DNA of 64,000 nt, taken from contig BK006938.2 in the NCBI GenBank assembly GCA_000146045.2, forward strand, positions 1,024,001-1,088,000, read 5' to 3'. Positions 1 through 15,727 of this stretch are shown piece after piece. The position numbers and the translations under genes are program-made. The DNA is from TPA_inf: Saccharomyces (lineage: Eukaryota). How positions within the stretch are numbered: position 1 is the stretch's first letter; each line of letters begins with the position of its first letter. The notes under the pieces are model-generated. The model ran no database searches, was not told the DNA's origin, and worked only from the letters and a program-made list of their open reading frames with translations.

Positions 1-566
1 AATGCCGCCTTATCTAGCATTCCTTGATCAGAATCCAAGGAGTTAATTATTATCAAATCTCCAGAAAGAAAGCTTTCGCATGCAATTCTCGGTGTTACCT
101 TATTATCCAAACTGGAAAGCTTATCAAAATCTTGTTCCCCTTCTATTTCCACATAATCCATGTCCTCAGTCTCAAAGTCTTCTCCGTTCAGTGGATTTAA
201 ACTCGCTGCTTTAACTATAGGCACTATGCAGTTTCGAACACTAGATTCACTGAAGCCCCAGCTTACAATAGATCCATTTTGACCTAAAATCATTACGTCA
301 CCTTTATTGCCATTATCCTGATAACTAAATGACACGATTTCATCAGGTATCAAATTTGTCGGTTGTAATCCTTGCATAGTAAGCAATTTCATGCATCTTT
401 TGAGATCATAACCCTCTCCGGTGGTAATGGTGATACAACTCTTCACTTTTAAGTGATCTTTACTTAAAGAATCCTCCAGAATATCACGTCCATTCTCCTG
501 CTTTCTGTGGTTTGGCACAAAACTTCGTCTCAAATAGCGAGTAGAATTCTTCGGGTTTTTAAGCAT
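1..566 (-). CDS. MRX10: 5' part (N-terminal ~188 codons) of YDR282C, a mitochondrial protein; the rest lies beyond the left window edge
   Basis: An ATG on the minus strand at 566-564 opens a frame that stays open to position 1; the translation begins MLKNPKNSTRYLRRSFVPNHRKQENG. Absent from the ORF track because no stop codon falls inside the window. Identity is inferred from position immediately downstream of GCN2 on the same strand, as in S288C chromosome IV. Confidence 0.6.
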   Translation of the reverse strand, partial: MLKNPKNSTRYLRRSFVPNHRKQENGRDILEDSLSKDHLKVKSCITITTGEGYDLKRCMKLLTMQGLQPTNLIPDEIVSFSYQDNGNKGDVMILGQNGSIVSWGFSESSVRNCIVPIVKAASLNPLNGEDFETEDMDYVEIEGEQDFDKLSSLDNKVTPRIACESFLSGDLIIINSLDSDQGMLDKAA

Positions 567-1069
567 CTTCATTGTCTTGATATTCGTATCCACTGACTTG
601 TGTTCCCTATTGGTCTTCTTCTCTGTAGCTAGTTTACCTTTCCAACGGCCATCTTGCACTTCTAAATTCTGTATTGATAAACTAGTTCCTAACCGTCTAA
701 TTTGGAATCGTGATACGAAACCGAATGTGCTAGTCAAACTTCTGAATGAAAGCATTCTTCACGCCATATTATGATCATTTATTAAATGTCTCCCGTAGGA
801 GCTAGAGGAGCCTCACACAACATACGCACACATTTATATTCACCGAAAAATTAAATACAAAATGGAAAGTAGAGAAAGGAGAGAAGAAGTAGACCATCTC
901 ATTAAACCTACATTTGTCTTTAGTATCAGGAATATGTATAAGAAAGGTGACCTACCCCCTTTACAACGGTGAATTAGATGAATCAGCTAGCCTAAATATA
1001 GTATCTAAGACATTGTATATACTTTACCTTTAACTGATGCGTTATAGCGCCGCACAGATCTTTAAAGGC

Positions 1070-6049
<4,980 letters not shown>

Positions 6050-6549
6050 TTATACATAGTATGTGTTAAGGGGAACGGAAAATTATTGAAAAAAAAAATC
6101 AATGCTTATAAAATCTTAAAAGACAACGAGGCTTTCCAACAATGTAAAGATTGAAAATTTAGTGTATTTAATGTCCTTTTGTAATGAAAATAACTTCTTG
6201 TAAGAAAGAAGATAGAGATAAATGTAAAAGTAAATTTGCTTAAAAAGATTCTAGGCTGTTTATAGATTGATTACACCAGGTTCTTATCTCAAAAATCAGC
6301 TACTCAACTGCTTCCTAAGAAACTACCTACATCACTATAGTCCAACTTAAAACAAATAATAAACTTCTAAGGCTTTCGTGTAAAGTGATGTTGGGATTGT
6401 CCGATGAAATAACAAGCAGGCCCTTGCACGTCAAGATTAATTTGAATAAAGAAGTAACATGTCATCTTTATGTAATCGCTGTTATTCCATACAGAACAAT
6501 AAATACGTATATTTCGTATGTCATGTGGAGTATATATTCTTTTTTATTC

Positions 6550-7419
6550 TTACATACCTTCATCGGACAAAGGATGTAATTCCTCATCCGGGATCCTCTG
6601 ATGGGTGACTGCTTCCTCCAGGGTGACATCTGAATCGTCCATCAATGGTTTGAACGGAAGAGGATCATCAATGGGTGGGAAGATTCTTCTGTAGAAAAAG
6701 TGTGCCATTATATAACCCAACATAGACCCTAAAATTACATCGACGAAATGATGTCTGTAATCTTGAGTTCTGGATAGAGCAATTAGTGCAGCTCCTAACA
6801 GTGGTAGAAAGGCCACCATTTTTCTCCATAAAGGCATCAACGGTGATTCAGTCAAAAGTTGCCCACATAGCCAGAAGTACAAATAACCCAGTCCTGCAAA
6901 GCTTTCACTTGAATGACCTGACGGAGTTGTCCTAAACCCATCCAACAGACGTTCGTGATTCTTAGTCGTACACACATCTTTTGCAGTAAATAAAGTGTCC
7001 AATGGCAAGCCTTCAACAGGTTGGCAACGATCTAGAAAATCTGGTCTTAGTCTTCCAATCCAATTCTTGATGAAGTTTGTAAAGAAACTCGTACTGAACC
7101 AAGCGAGTGATAAACCAAGGAGAGATGTGTACAAAATAAAAATCAAATGTCTTCTATCGGCCAAAATGGAACCAATTATCAATATGGTTAAAGATGGCAC
7201 GACAAAACTATAAACAAACAACATGTTGTTATTTACACGTTCAGTTGTCGCATAAGGATGCGATATAGTGAGATCGTTAATGTAAAACTGACGTTCGAAC
7301 GGTTGTTGGTAATACACTGGGTAGTTAAGAAGTATCATGATAATGAGCAAAAAGACATCTTCTAATCTCCATTTCGCCCCTATGTTGAAAGGCGTTTTAA
7401 TAAACGAAACTCTGTTCAT
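6550..7419 (-). CDS. DPP1: diacylglycerol pyrophosphate phosphatase (PAP2 lipid phosphate phosphatase family)
   Basis: 289-aa ORF carrying the three PAP2 motifs KNWIGRLRP, PSGHSS and SRTQDYRHHFVD, with multiple transmembrane segments. Confidence 0.9.
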   Translation of the reverse strand: MNRVSFIKTPFNIGAKWRLEDVFLLIIMILLNYPVYYQQPFERQFYINDLTISHPYATTERVNNNMLFVYSFVVPSLTILIIGSILADRRHLIFILYTSLLGLSLAWFSTSFFTNFIKNWIGRLRPDFLDRCQPVEGLPLDTLFTAKDVCTTKNHERLLDGFRTTPSGHSSESFAGLGYLYFWLCGQLLTESPLMPLWRKMVAFLPLLGAALIALSRTQDYRHHFVDVILGSMLGYIMAHFFYRRIFPPIDDPLPFKPLMDDSDVTLEEAVTHQRIPDEELHPLSDEGM

Positions 7420-7534
7420 TTTGGTCGTTTGCTATGATTTAATTCTGATTCTTTGCCTTTAACAATTGATAACGTGCCCTTTATTGAACTGCTAACTACT
7501 CGAAAAATTGGACACAATTCAGTTTATAGCAGGT

Positions 7535-7546
7535 GTCCTTTAAGTG
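7535..7546. promoter_or_regulatory. possible Zap1 zinc-responsive element (ZRE-like, 9 of 11 match to ACCTTNAAGGT) about 120 bp upstream of DPP1
   Basis: The sequence is TCCTTTAAGTG; DPP1 is a known Zap1 target, but the match here is imperfect. Confidence 0.25.
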
Positions 7547-8413
7547 ATGTTTGCTGATTTCCGAACTGCGCGTATGTTAGTGGACCCTAGATAACAGTTT
7601 ATTCCCTAACGTTTCTAGATAATATATGACAAAAATATACAACCGATCGACAAATTATTTCTAAAATACAAAAAAGTTAGTCGTGAGGTTATCCAACGTT
7701 GGGTTTCTATCTATATATAAAAGCTAATCACCAAACAATTGAGAATCAACGCCGATAACATGATGTACAATTATAGCAGTATACGCCAGGCGTGCTGCAT
7801 TTATTCTTTACCCTGTCATCGTTGACGAATACTTTTTTTTAAAGGGATCGCACTCTAACCACCTGAAAGGTACTATCTGAAAAAGTGTTGACTAAAAACA
7901 GAAGCGCCTTAATAATAGTGCACTACTGGAAAACTATATTTAATGTAAAAAAGAAACTACATTGAATGAAATCGAAAAGTATAATTTCTCTCCGTACCTG
8001 TGACTGATACAATGTAACGATGTAGACTAAGAATAAGATTCTCACTTAAAAGCTGCTATTTCAACTGATTATCTGCAGAGTATGCGATCACAAGACAGAT
8101 CACAACTGTGTTTATCGGACATAATGCTATATTTTTGCTGCGCCAGAAATCGAGTACTAGTTTTTAAATATTTGTTCTAAACGGTCAAACTTTTCGTAAA
8201 AAATGCTATAAGCCGTGTTGTCCCTTTATGAAGAGCTGCTTCTTCACTTGTAAATAGCGAACAAATAAAGAAAACAATCTGCTACCTCTTTGTTAAAGTT
8301 GACCGCCTTGAAGAGAACTGCAAGTCTCTGAAAGTTTTAGCTGAATATTGTCACCTCTTTTAGGATTAACAGTAAGCATATTTTTTTCTTTGAGATTCGG
8401 AAGTAAAATACCC

Positions 8414-8423
8414 TCGGCGGCTA
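8414..8423 (+). promoter_or_regulatory. URS1 (Ume6 site) TCGGCGGCTA about 15 bp upstream of the ZIP1 ATG
   Basis: Exact match to the URS1 core TCGGCGGCT; ZIP1 is an early meiotic Ume6/Ime1-regulated gene. Confidence 0.7.
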
Positions 8424-8435
8424 AATTTTTAGAGA

Positions 8436-11063
8436 ATGTCAAACTTTTTTAGAGATAGTTCAATGGGATTCAAGCCTCGACCAAACATCTTCGCTAAGCT
8501 GAGAGTCAGAGATGTAGATTCAGATTCTTCCGCTAATACTGTTGTCGAGAATTCATCCAACTGTTTAGACGTGGGTTCTTCTATAGAGGGAGATGATACC
8601 TTCAAAAAACCCCACAAAACTTCTACCGAACAAGAACTGATTACAAGTATGAGCCTTAGTCAGAGAAACCATGGTTATTCTGATGATATGGAAATAGGTT
8701 CACCAAAAAAAACAACATCAACAGACCAATACAACAGAATTTTAAAAAATGATGTTGCCGCAATTGAAAATGATACTGATGAAGATTTTGAAATTACAGA
8801 AGTAAGAGAAGTGAGTGAAGGAGTAGCAAAAGAAACGAAAGAAAGTCATGGGGATCCTAACGATTCTGAGACAACTCTCAAGGATAGTAAAATGCATGAA
8901 TATACTATGACAAATGGAAAGGCTCCTTTGCACACGTCCATCAATAATTCTAGTACATCTTCAAATGATGTCCTGTTAGAAGCCTTCACAAACACTCAAA
9001 GAATATGTTCAAATTTAAAGCAAGAGCTACAAAAGCAGCAACAGGATAATGCAAAGTTGAAAGTTCGACTACAGTCGTATGCTTCCAATTCTGATAAGAT
9101 CAATGAAAAAGTCGGAAAATATAAATCTTGTTTAGAAACTCTTCAAGAAAGGATTGCAACGTTGACGAGCCATAAGAATAATCAAGAAACTAAATTGAAA
9201 GATTTAAGACAAAACCACCAACTATATCAGAGAAGGATAAGCGGATTTAAGACAAGTATTGAAAACTTGAACAAAACAATAAATGATTTAGGGAAGAACA
9301 AAAAGGAGGCGGATGCAGAATTAATGAAAAAAGGTAAAGAGATTGAATACCTGAAAAGAGAACTAGATGATTGTTCAGGTCAGTTGAGCGAAGAAAAAAT
9401 CAAAAACAGTTCCTTAATACAGGAAATGGGAAAAAATAGAGAAGAAATGATTAAATCAATTGAGAATTTCTTTTCAGAAGATAAAGCACACCATTTACTG
9501 CAATTTAACAAATTCGAAGAAAGAGTTCATGATTTGTTTGAAAAAAAATTACAAAAGCACTTCGATGTGGCAAAAGATACCCTTAACGTAGGCTTGAGGA
9601 ACACCACTGTAGAGTTGAGTAGTAATACAGAGACCATGCTAAAGCAGCAATATGAAGATATCAAAGAAAATCTTGAACAAAAAATGTCATCCAGTAAGGA
9701 TGAAATGGCAAAAACAATAAATGAGCTGAGTGTAACGCAAAAAGGACTTATAATGGGAGTACAAGAAGAACTATTAACGTCATCAGGGAATATTCAAACT
9801 GCTTTGGTAAGTGAAATGAATAACACAAGGCAAGAGCTTCTTGATGATGCGTCTCAAACAGCCAAAAATTACGCGAGTTTGGAAAACTTGGTGAAGGCAT
9901 ATAAGGCAGAAATAGTTCAGTCGAATGAGTATGAAGAAAGGATAAAACATTTGGAGAGTGAAAGGTCAACTTTGTCTTCACAAAAAAATCAGATTATTAG
10001 CTCTCTTGGTACTAAAGAAGCACAATATGAAGATTTGGTCAAAAAGTTGGAGGCGAAGAATATCGAAATTTCACAAATTTCTGGCAAAGAACAAAGTTTA
10101 ACTGAAAAAAATGAAAACCTTTCTAATGAACTGAAAAAAGTCCAGGATCAACTAGAAAAACTCAACAATTTGAACATCACAACAAAATCAAATTACGAAA
10201 ATAAAATATCTTCTCAGAATGAAATTGTGAAGGCTTTAGTTTCCGAAAACGACACTCTGAAGCAAAGAATTCAACAGCTAGTAGAAATCAAAGAAAATGA
10301 ACAGAAGGATCATACAACCAAACTGGAGGCTTTCCAAAAGAACAATGAGCAGCTACAAAAGCTAAACGTCGAAGTAGTACAACTGAAGGCTCATGAATTG
10401 GAGCTTGAAGAGCAGAATAGGCACTTAAAAAATTGTTTAGAAAAAAAGGAAACTGGTGTTGAAGAATCACTAAGCGATGTAAAAACCCTAAAACAGCAAG
10501 TGATAGTTCTGAAATCGGAGAAGCAAGATATAACAGCTGAAAAGTTAGAACTTCAAGATAACCTCGAAAGTTTGGAAGAAGTCACCAAAAATTTACAGCA
10601 AAAGGTGCAATCGCAAAAGAGGGAATTAGAACAGAAGATTAAAGAGCTAGAAGAGATAAAAAACCATAAACGGAACGAGCCTAGTAAAAAAGGTACACAA
10701 AATTTTACTAAACCATCAGATTCACCCAAAAAAAATGCTACGACGTCCAACTTATTTCCTAATAACTCTGCTGCCATTCACTCTCCTATGAAAAAGTGTC
10801 CTAAGGTGGATCATATAAGTAAGTCAAGAATTAATTCATCCAAAGAAACATCCAAATTTAACGATGAGTTCGATCTTTCTTCATCATCAAATGACGACCT
10901 AGAGTTAACCAACCCTTCCCCAATCCAAATTAAACCAGTGAGAGGAAAAATCAAGAAGGGTTCAAATTGCATGAAACCTCCAATTTCTTCAAGAAAAAAA
11001 TTACTACTAGTAGAAGACGAAGACCAGTCATTAAAAATAAGCAAGAAAAGGAGAAGGAAATAG
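8436..11063 (+). CDS. ZIP1: synaptonemal complex transverse filament protein (long coiled coil)
   Basis: 875-aa ORF with K/E/Q-rich heptad-like central region flanked by S/N-rich termini; length and sequence match Zip1. Confidence 0.9.
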
Positions 11064-11230
11064 AGGATAATGGAAAATTTGAAATCGTTTTGTGCGAATA
11101 CATTTCATTTTGTTCCCTGCGTAAGAAGTATGCATAGTAAAATTAGCGTAGATATAGTTTTTTGAGGTATATACTTATTCATAGCTTATAAATATTTACA
11201 GTGTTGTAACTCTAGTAAAAACAAAAGAGG

Positions 11231-11575
11231 TCATCTAGATTGCATTCTCCTTATTTTATCACTGATATCGTCTTCTTCAAGAAAGTGCAGGATCTTGGTG
11301 CACGACTTAGGATCACCAACTTTCTCAATATGAAGTACTGGTATGTCGAAGCAATATTCCTTCCACCATTTTGCGTTTCTTCGGTCAGTTATGTTGACTA
11401 TCTCTAGTGAAACTGCTTTATTATGAAATTCCTTTCTTTCAAATACATCATCTATCACTTCCTTTGCTTGATCGCATAACCCACAATTAGGCTTTGAGAA
11501 GAAAGTTAATTTCACTCCAGCATCATGTAACAATACCCTCGAAGTATGTATAGAACAGCGGAACGCTCTCAACAT
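11231..11575 (-). CDS. YDR286C, small mitochondrial glutaredoxin/thioredoxin-fold protein
   Basis: 114-aa ORF with a CGLC redox-type motif ([13 protein letters not shown]); position between ZIP1 and INM2. Confidence 0.8.
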
Positions 11576-11994
11576 GGTGATATGTTCCTTAAGTTTTATG
11601 TCTTACTGAATAATTACGAATTTCTGTTATGAATTAAACGAAACTTTACAATGCATCAACTCCGAACTCTCTACGGAAAGGTAACAACTTGCGCACATCA
11701 TAGACCCATAAAGCGAAAAAAAGGGAAGTCAATCACAGTTATATTGACATTCCAAAGCCAGTAACTAAAAAACTACAAAAATGGATTCTCACAGTCATAT
11801 TAAGTGACCTCTTATTATTTCCCTTAAAACGGTAATTCTTAATAAAGAACGTCAGTGTTCCGAGTGATAACGCCGTGAAGCACCCTGCTTCATTACATAT
11901 GAAATCGTGGGGAGAAAAAATCGTGAAAACAATATAGAGAATAAGTGAAGTTGAAGCTCCACAAGCCCTTGTAAAGTAAACTTAGATTGAAGCG

Positions 11995-12873
11995 ATGGTA
12001 TTAACGAGGCAAGTACTAGAGGAAGTGGAGAACACATTTATTGAATTACTTAGGAGTAAAATAGGACCTCTCGTAAAATCGCACGCAGGAACAAACTTTT
12101 GTTCATATGATGATAAAGCAAATGGCGTAGATTTGGTAACTGCTTTAGACAAACAAATTGAATCTATAATCAAGGAAAATTTAACGGCCAAGTATCCCAG
12201 TTTCAAATTTATCGGAGAAGAAACTTATGTAAAAGGTGTCACGAAAATAACTAACGGCCCTACATTTATTGTTGATCCCATCGATGGTACTACTAATTTT
12301 ATTCACGGTTACCCCTATAGTTGTACATCTCTAGGTTTAGCTGAAATGGGGAAGCCGGTTGTTGGTGTGGTTTTCAATCCTCACTTAAACCAACTATTCC
12401 ATGCTTCCAAAGGCAATGGAGCTTTCTTAAATGATCAGGAGATAAAGGTTTCAAAAAGGCCATTGATTTTGCAAAAATCCTTAATTGCTTTAGAAGGAGG
12501 TTCGGAAAGAACTGAAGGTTCCCAAGGAAACTTTGATAAGAAAATGAATACTTATAAAAACTTACTAAGTGAGTCCGGCGCCTTTGTTCACGGGTTCAGA
12601 AGTGCAGGAAGTGCTGCCATGAACATATGCTACGTAGCGAGCGGCATGCTTGATGCTTATTGGGAAGGTGGCTGCTGGGCTTGGGATGTTTGTGCCGGTT
12701 GGTGTATTCTTGAGGAAGCAGGAGGAATAATGGTTGGCGGAAATTGTGGAGAATGGAACATTCCATTAGACAGAAGATGTTACTTGGCTATTAGAGGTGG
12801 ATGTGAGTCGATGGAGCAGAAGCGATTTGCAGAATCGTTTTGGCCTCACGTTGCGGGTGAGTTAGAATACTAA
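11995..12873 (+). CDS. INM2: inositol monophosphatase
   Basis: 292-aa ORF with IMPase motifs DPIDGT (VDPIDGTTNFIHG) and WDxxAG (WAWDVCAGW). Confidence 0.9.
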   Translation: MVLTRQVLEEVENTFIELLRSKIGPLVKSHAGTNFCSYDDKANGVDLVTALDKQIESIIKENLTAKYPSFKFIGEETYVKGVTKITNGPTFIVDPIDGTTNFIHGYPYSCTSLGLAEMGKPVVGVVFNPHLNQLFHASKGNGAFLNDQEIKVSKRPLILQKSLIALEGGSERTEGSQGNFDKKMNTYKNLLSESGAFVHGFRSAGSAAMNICYVASGMLDAYWEGGCWAWDVCAGWCILEEAGGIMVGGNCGEWNIPLDRRCYLAIRGGCESMEQKRFAESFWPHVAGELEY

Positions 12874-13019
12874 ATGCCCCCCTCAGGTGTCGTTAAATAA
12901 GCTACATCTAAGAAAAGTTTATATAGTACTTCACGCAATTCCTACTAGTATTTTTTTCCAGTACAGGACGATATCTTGAAGCAGCAACTTGATTTCACAG
13001 GTCACTTAGTGTGGGCTTC

Positions 13020-13026
13020 TGACTCA
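13020..13026. promoter_or_regulatory. Gcn4-type TGACTCA element about 170 bp upstream of NSE3
   Basis: Exact heptamer TGACTCA in the INM2/NSE3 intergenic region. A single heptamer occurs by chance often. Confidence 0.2.
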
Positions 13027-13194
13027 AGAATAGCAAGTATTACATGCATGCGGCCCTCTCCTTTAACAGCGCGATATACGTGAAGAAAAATTTCAATGAA
13101 GAGTAATGCGCTTATTATCAACTTCGATTGAAGGGGTCCTATATCAGTATGCTACAAGGGAAGGTTGTTCGATAAACATAAGCTTCTCATTAGC

Positions 13195-14106
13195 ATGAGT
13201 TCTATAGATAATGACAGCGATGTGGATTTAACAGAAGATTTAGCCGTGGCCAAGATCGTTAAAGAGAATCCTGTAGCTAGAAAAATGGTTAGGTATATTT
13301 TATCGAGAGGAGAATCTCAAAATTCGATCATAACAAGAAACAAGTTACAATCTGTTATACATGAAGCTGCTCGCGAGGAAAACATAGCAAAACCGTCTTT
13401 TAGTAAAATGTTTATGGACATAAATGCTATACTGTATAACGTATATGGGTTTGAATTACAAGGATTGCCGTCAAAAAATAATATGAACGCTGGCGGTAAT
13501 GGAAGCAATAGCAATACAAATAAATCAATGCCTGAGCCACTGGGACATAGAGCCCAGAAATTTATCTTGCTAAACAATGTCCCGCACTCAAAAAATTTTG
13601 ACGATTTCAAGATTTTACAAAGCGCTCACACTTATGAAGAGCTAATAGTTACCGGAGAGTATATTGGTGACGATATAGCTTCAGGAACTTCCAATACCTT
13701 AGAAAGCAAGTTGAGTACAGATCGAGATCTTGTTTACAAGGGTGTTTTGAGCGTCATTTTATGCATTGTTTTCTTCTCTAAGAATAACATATTACATCAG
13801 GAATTGATCAAATTTCTAGAGACATTTGGCATTCCAAGCGATGGTTCAAAGATTGCTATACTGAACATTACTATTGAAGATTTGATAAAAAGTTTAGAAA
13901 AGCGCGAATATATAGTCAGATTGGAGGAGAAATCCGATACCGACGGGGAAGTGATATCATACAGGATAGGTAGAAGAACTCAGGCTGAGCTTGGACTAGA
14001 GTCTCTTGAAAAATTGGTGCAAGAAATCATGGGCCTTGAAAAGGAGCAGACTAAAAGTTTGCACGATGATATAATAAAAAGCATTGGCGATTCATATTCT
14101 ATATAG
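13195..14106 (+). CDS. NSE3: Smc5/6 complex MAGE-family subunit
   Basis: The open frame begins at 13165 (313 aa), but known Nse3 is 303 aa and starts at the second in-frame ATG ([12 protein letters not shown]), which is 13195. Confidence 0.85.
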
Positions 14107-14279
14107 CATTGCATAGGTGTCCATGTAGTTTAGGTGCGCATCTTTTTTGTCGAGGAAATAGTGAAGATGAATACGAAATAAACTATGGGCAAATAGTTAC
14201 GAAAAAAGACTGGACTTAAACGGGTTACTATATATTTGTATAAGTTATCTCCTTGTTTTCTTTTTACTCAACCATCATA

Positions 14280-14649
14280 TTAATTTGCAAGCTTACTTAA
14301 CAAGTCTTGTATACTAGAAGAAACCCCTCCGGAATTCTCAACACCTTCGTCGGTTTGGGCGCCGACGTGGCCTTCTATATCTAACTCATAATGTCCATCC
14401 TCACTGTTGAAAGTACCATCTTCACTCGTCTTCGAATCAAGATGAACCTTTTTTTCCGGTATGTCATTAGCGTCATCATGACCTATCATATCATGTGTTC
14501 GTTTCATACCAAATTGATTGTCACTAGGATTATGAGTAGAGTTTTTATGTTCGCTATCTGTCTTTTCTACAACTTCATTCTTCTTATCTGTGGTGCTAAT
14601 ATTAGTAACGCCATAATTGCTGTCATTGGATCTATCATCGTAATTTTTG

Positions 14650-14680
<31 letters not shown>

Positions 14681-15509
14681 TATCACCATCATCGTCATCG
14701 TCATCTCCATCCCCCACTTCATACGTAGGAATAATATTGTCTTCATCAACGTTTTTATTTAATCTGGATGGGTCTTTAGCAGATAAAACGAATTCTATTT
14801 CACTTAACATATTCTGTTCCTCATCTAGATGCCTTTTTTCATCGTCCAGTGTGCTTTGCAGTTTATGGATACCGCTTTCTCTTTTTAGAATTGATTCATT
14901 TATTATATCTTTAGCCATGTTCCCAATCTTACTTATTGTTTTAAAATTTTCCTCGTAAACTGAGCTGGATGGATCCAATTCATCTGATGATTTGTCAAAT
15001 CTCATTTTCATCGCGCAAACATTATGGTGCATTTTCACTAATTTTTCATAGTCCTTAGCAAAATCTTTCAATTTCTGGGGTAACACCAACGCTTCCACTG
15101 GTGAGCTCTCGGTTTTAAGACTTCTTTCTATGTCATTGACTACCTGCTTGGAAAATATATTTCTTTCTTTTAGTATATTCACAACTCTTGACAACTTCTT
15201 TTTTAGGTCCCTCGGAAACTCTTGATTAATTCTTCCCAATACTTCTGCTGCCACCTTTCCAAAGGAATCTTGAAATTGAATAATTTTTTGACCTTTAGCC
15301 TGTTGAACAACATGATTCATTAAGTAAAGACCCAATAACTTCCTTCTTGTGTTTACACTAGGCCTTAACATGTATTCTTTCCACATTTCTGCCACTTTGG
15401 GAGCATCTCTATACTGTAGAAGCAACCACTTTGAGGCACTGGAAATAGATTCTTGGGAATCTTCCAACGTATTTAATTTGGTTGTGAATTGCTCAGAAGA
15501 GAAAGGCAT
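14280..15509 (-). CDS. RTT103: RNA Pol II CTD-interacting (CID-domain) transcription termination factor
   Basis: 409-aa ORF with an N-terminal CID/RPR-like domain and an acidic poly-Asp tract near the C-terminus. Confidence 0.9.
14651..14680. repeat. perfect (CAT)10 microsatellite on the + strand, encoding the poly-Asp tract of RTT103 (GAT codons on the minus strand)
   Basis: catcatcatcatcatcatcatcatcatcat is read directly; imperfect CAT/CGT/CAC units continue to about 14712. Confidence 0.95.
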
Positions 15510-15727
15510 ACCGTCTATTTTAATCTTGGATTATTGCTTTCTTCAAATTTTCTACCTCTTCGTTAAAACCTTCTTCGCTTGTACTTATATTATTATGTTG
15601 GCTTTTCAAGTTTATATATTTTTAAAGGAAAAAAATAACTTTTTCATTTTTCGTTATAAAACAGAACCGTTATACATATTGAGATGGTTAAGGTCGTAGA
15701 AAAGAAATGTTCATTTGAGAAGGAAAA

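Noticed and set aside
7740-7870. Possible box C/D snoRNA (ATGATGT near 7759 and CTGA near 7863, about 100 nt apart) in the DPP1/ZIP1 intergenic region
   Set aside because: The C box is imperfect (TGATGT not TGATGA), there is no terminal stem complementarity flanking the boxes, and no snoRNA is known here.
14391-14958. ORFs 14391..14762 (+), 14567..14749 (-) and 14647..14958 (+) overlapping RTT103 with poly-Ile, poly-Met and poly-Ser translations
   Set aside because: They are alternative-frame readings of the (GAT)n microsatellite and surrounding low-complexity DNA. An old dubious ORF (YDR290W) is annotated here in SGD, but nothing supports coding.
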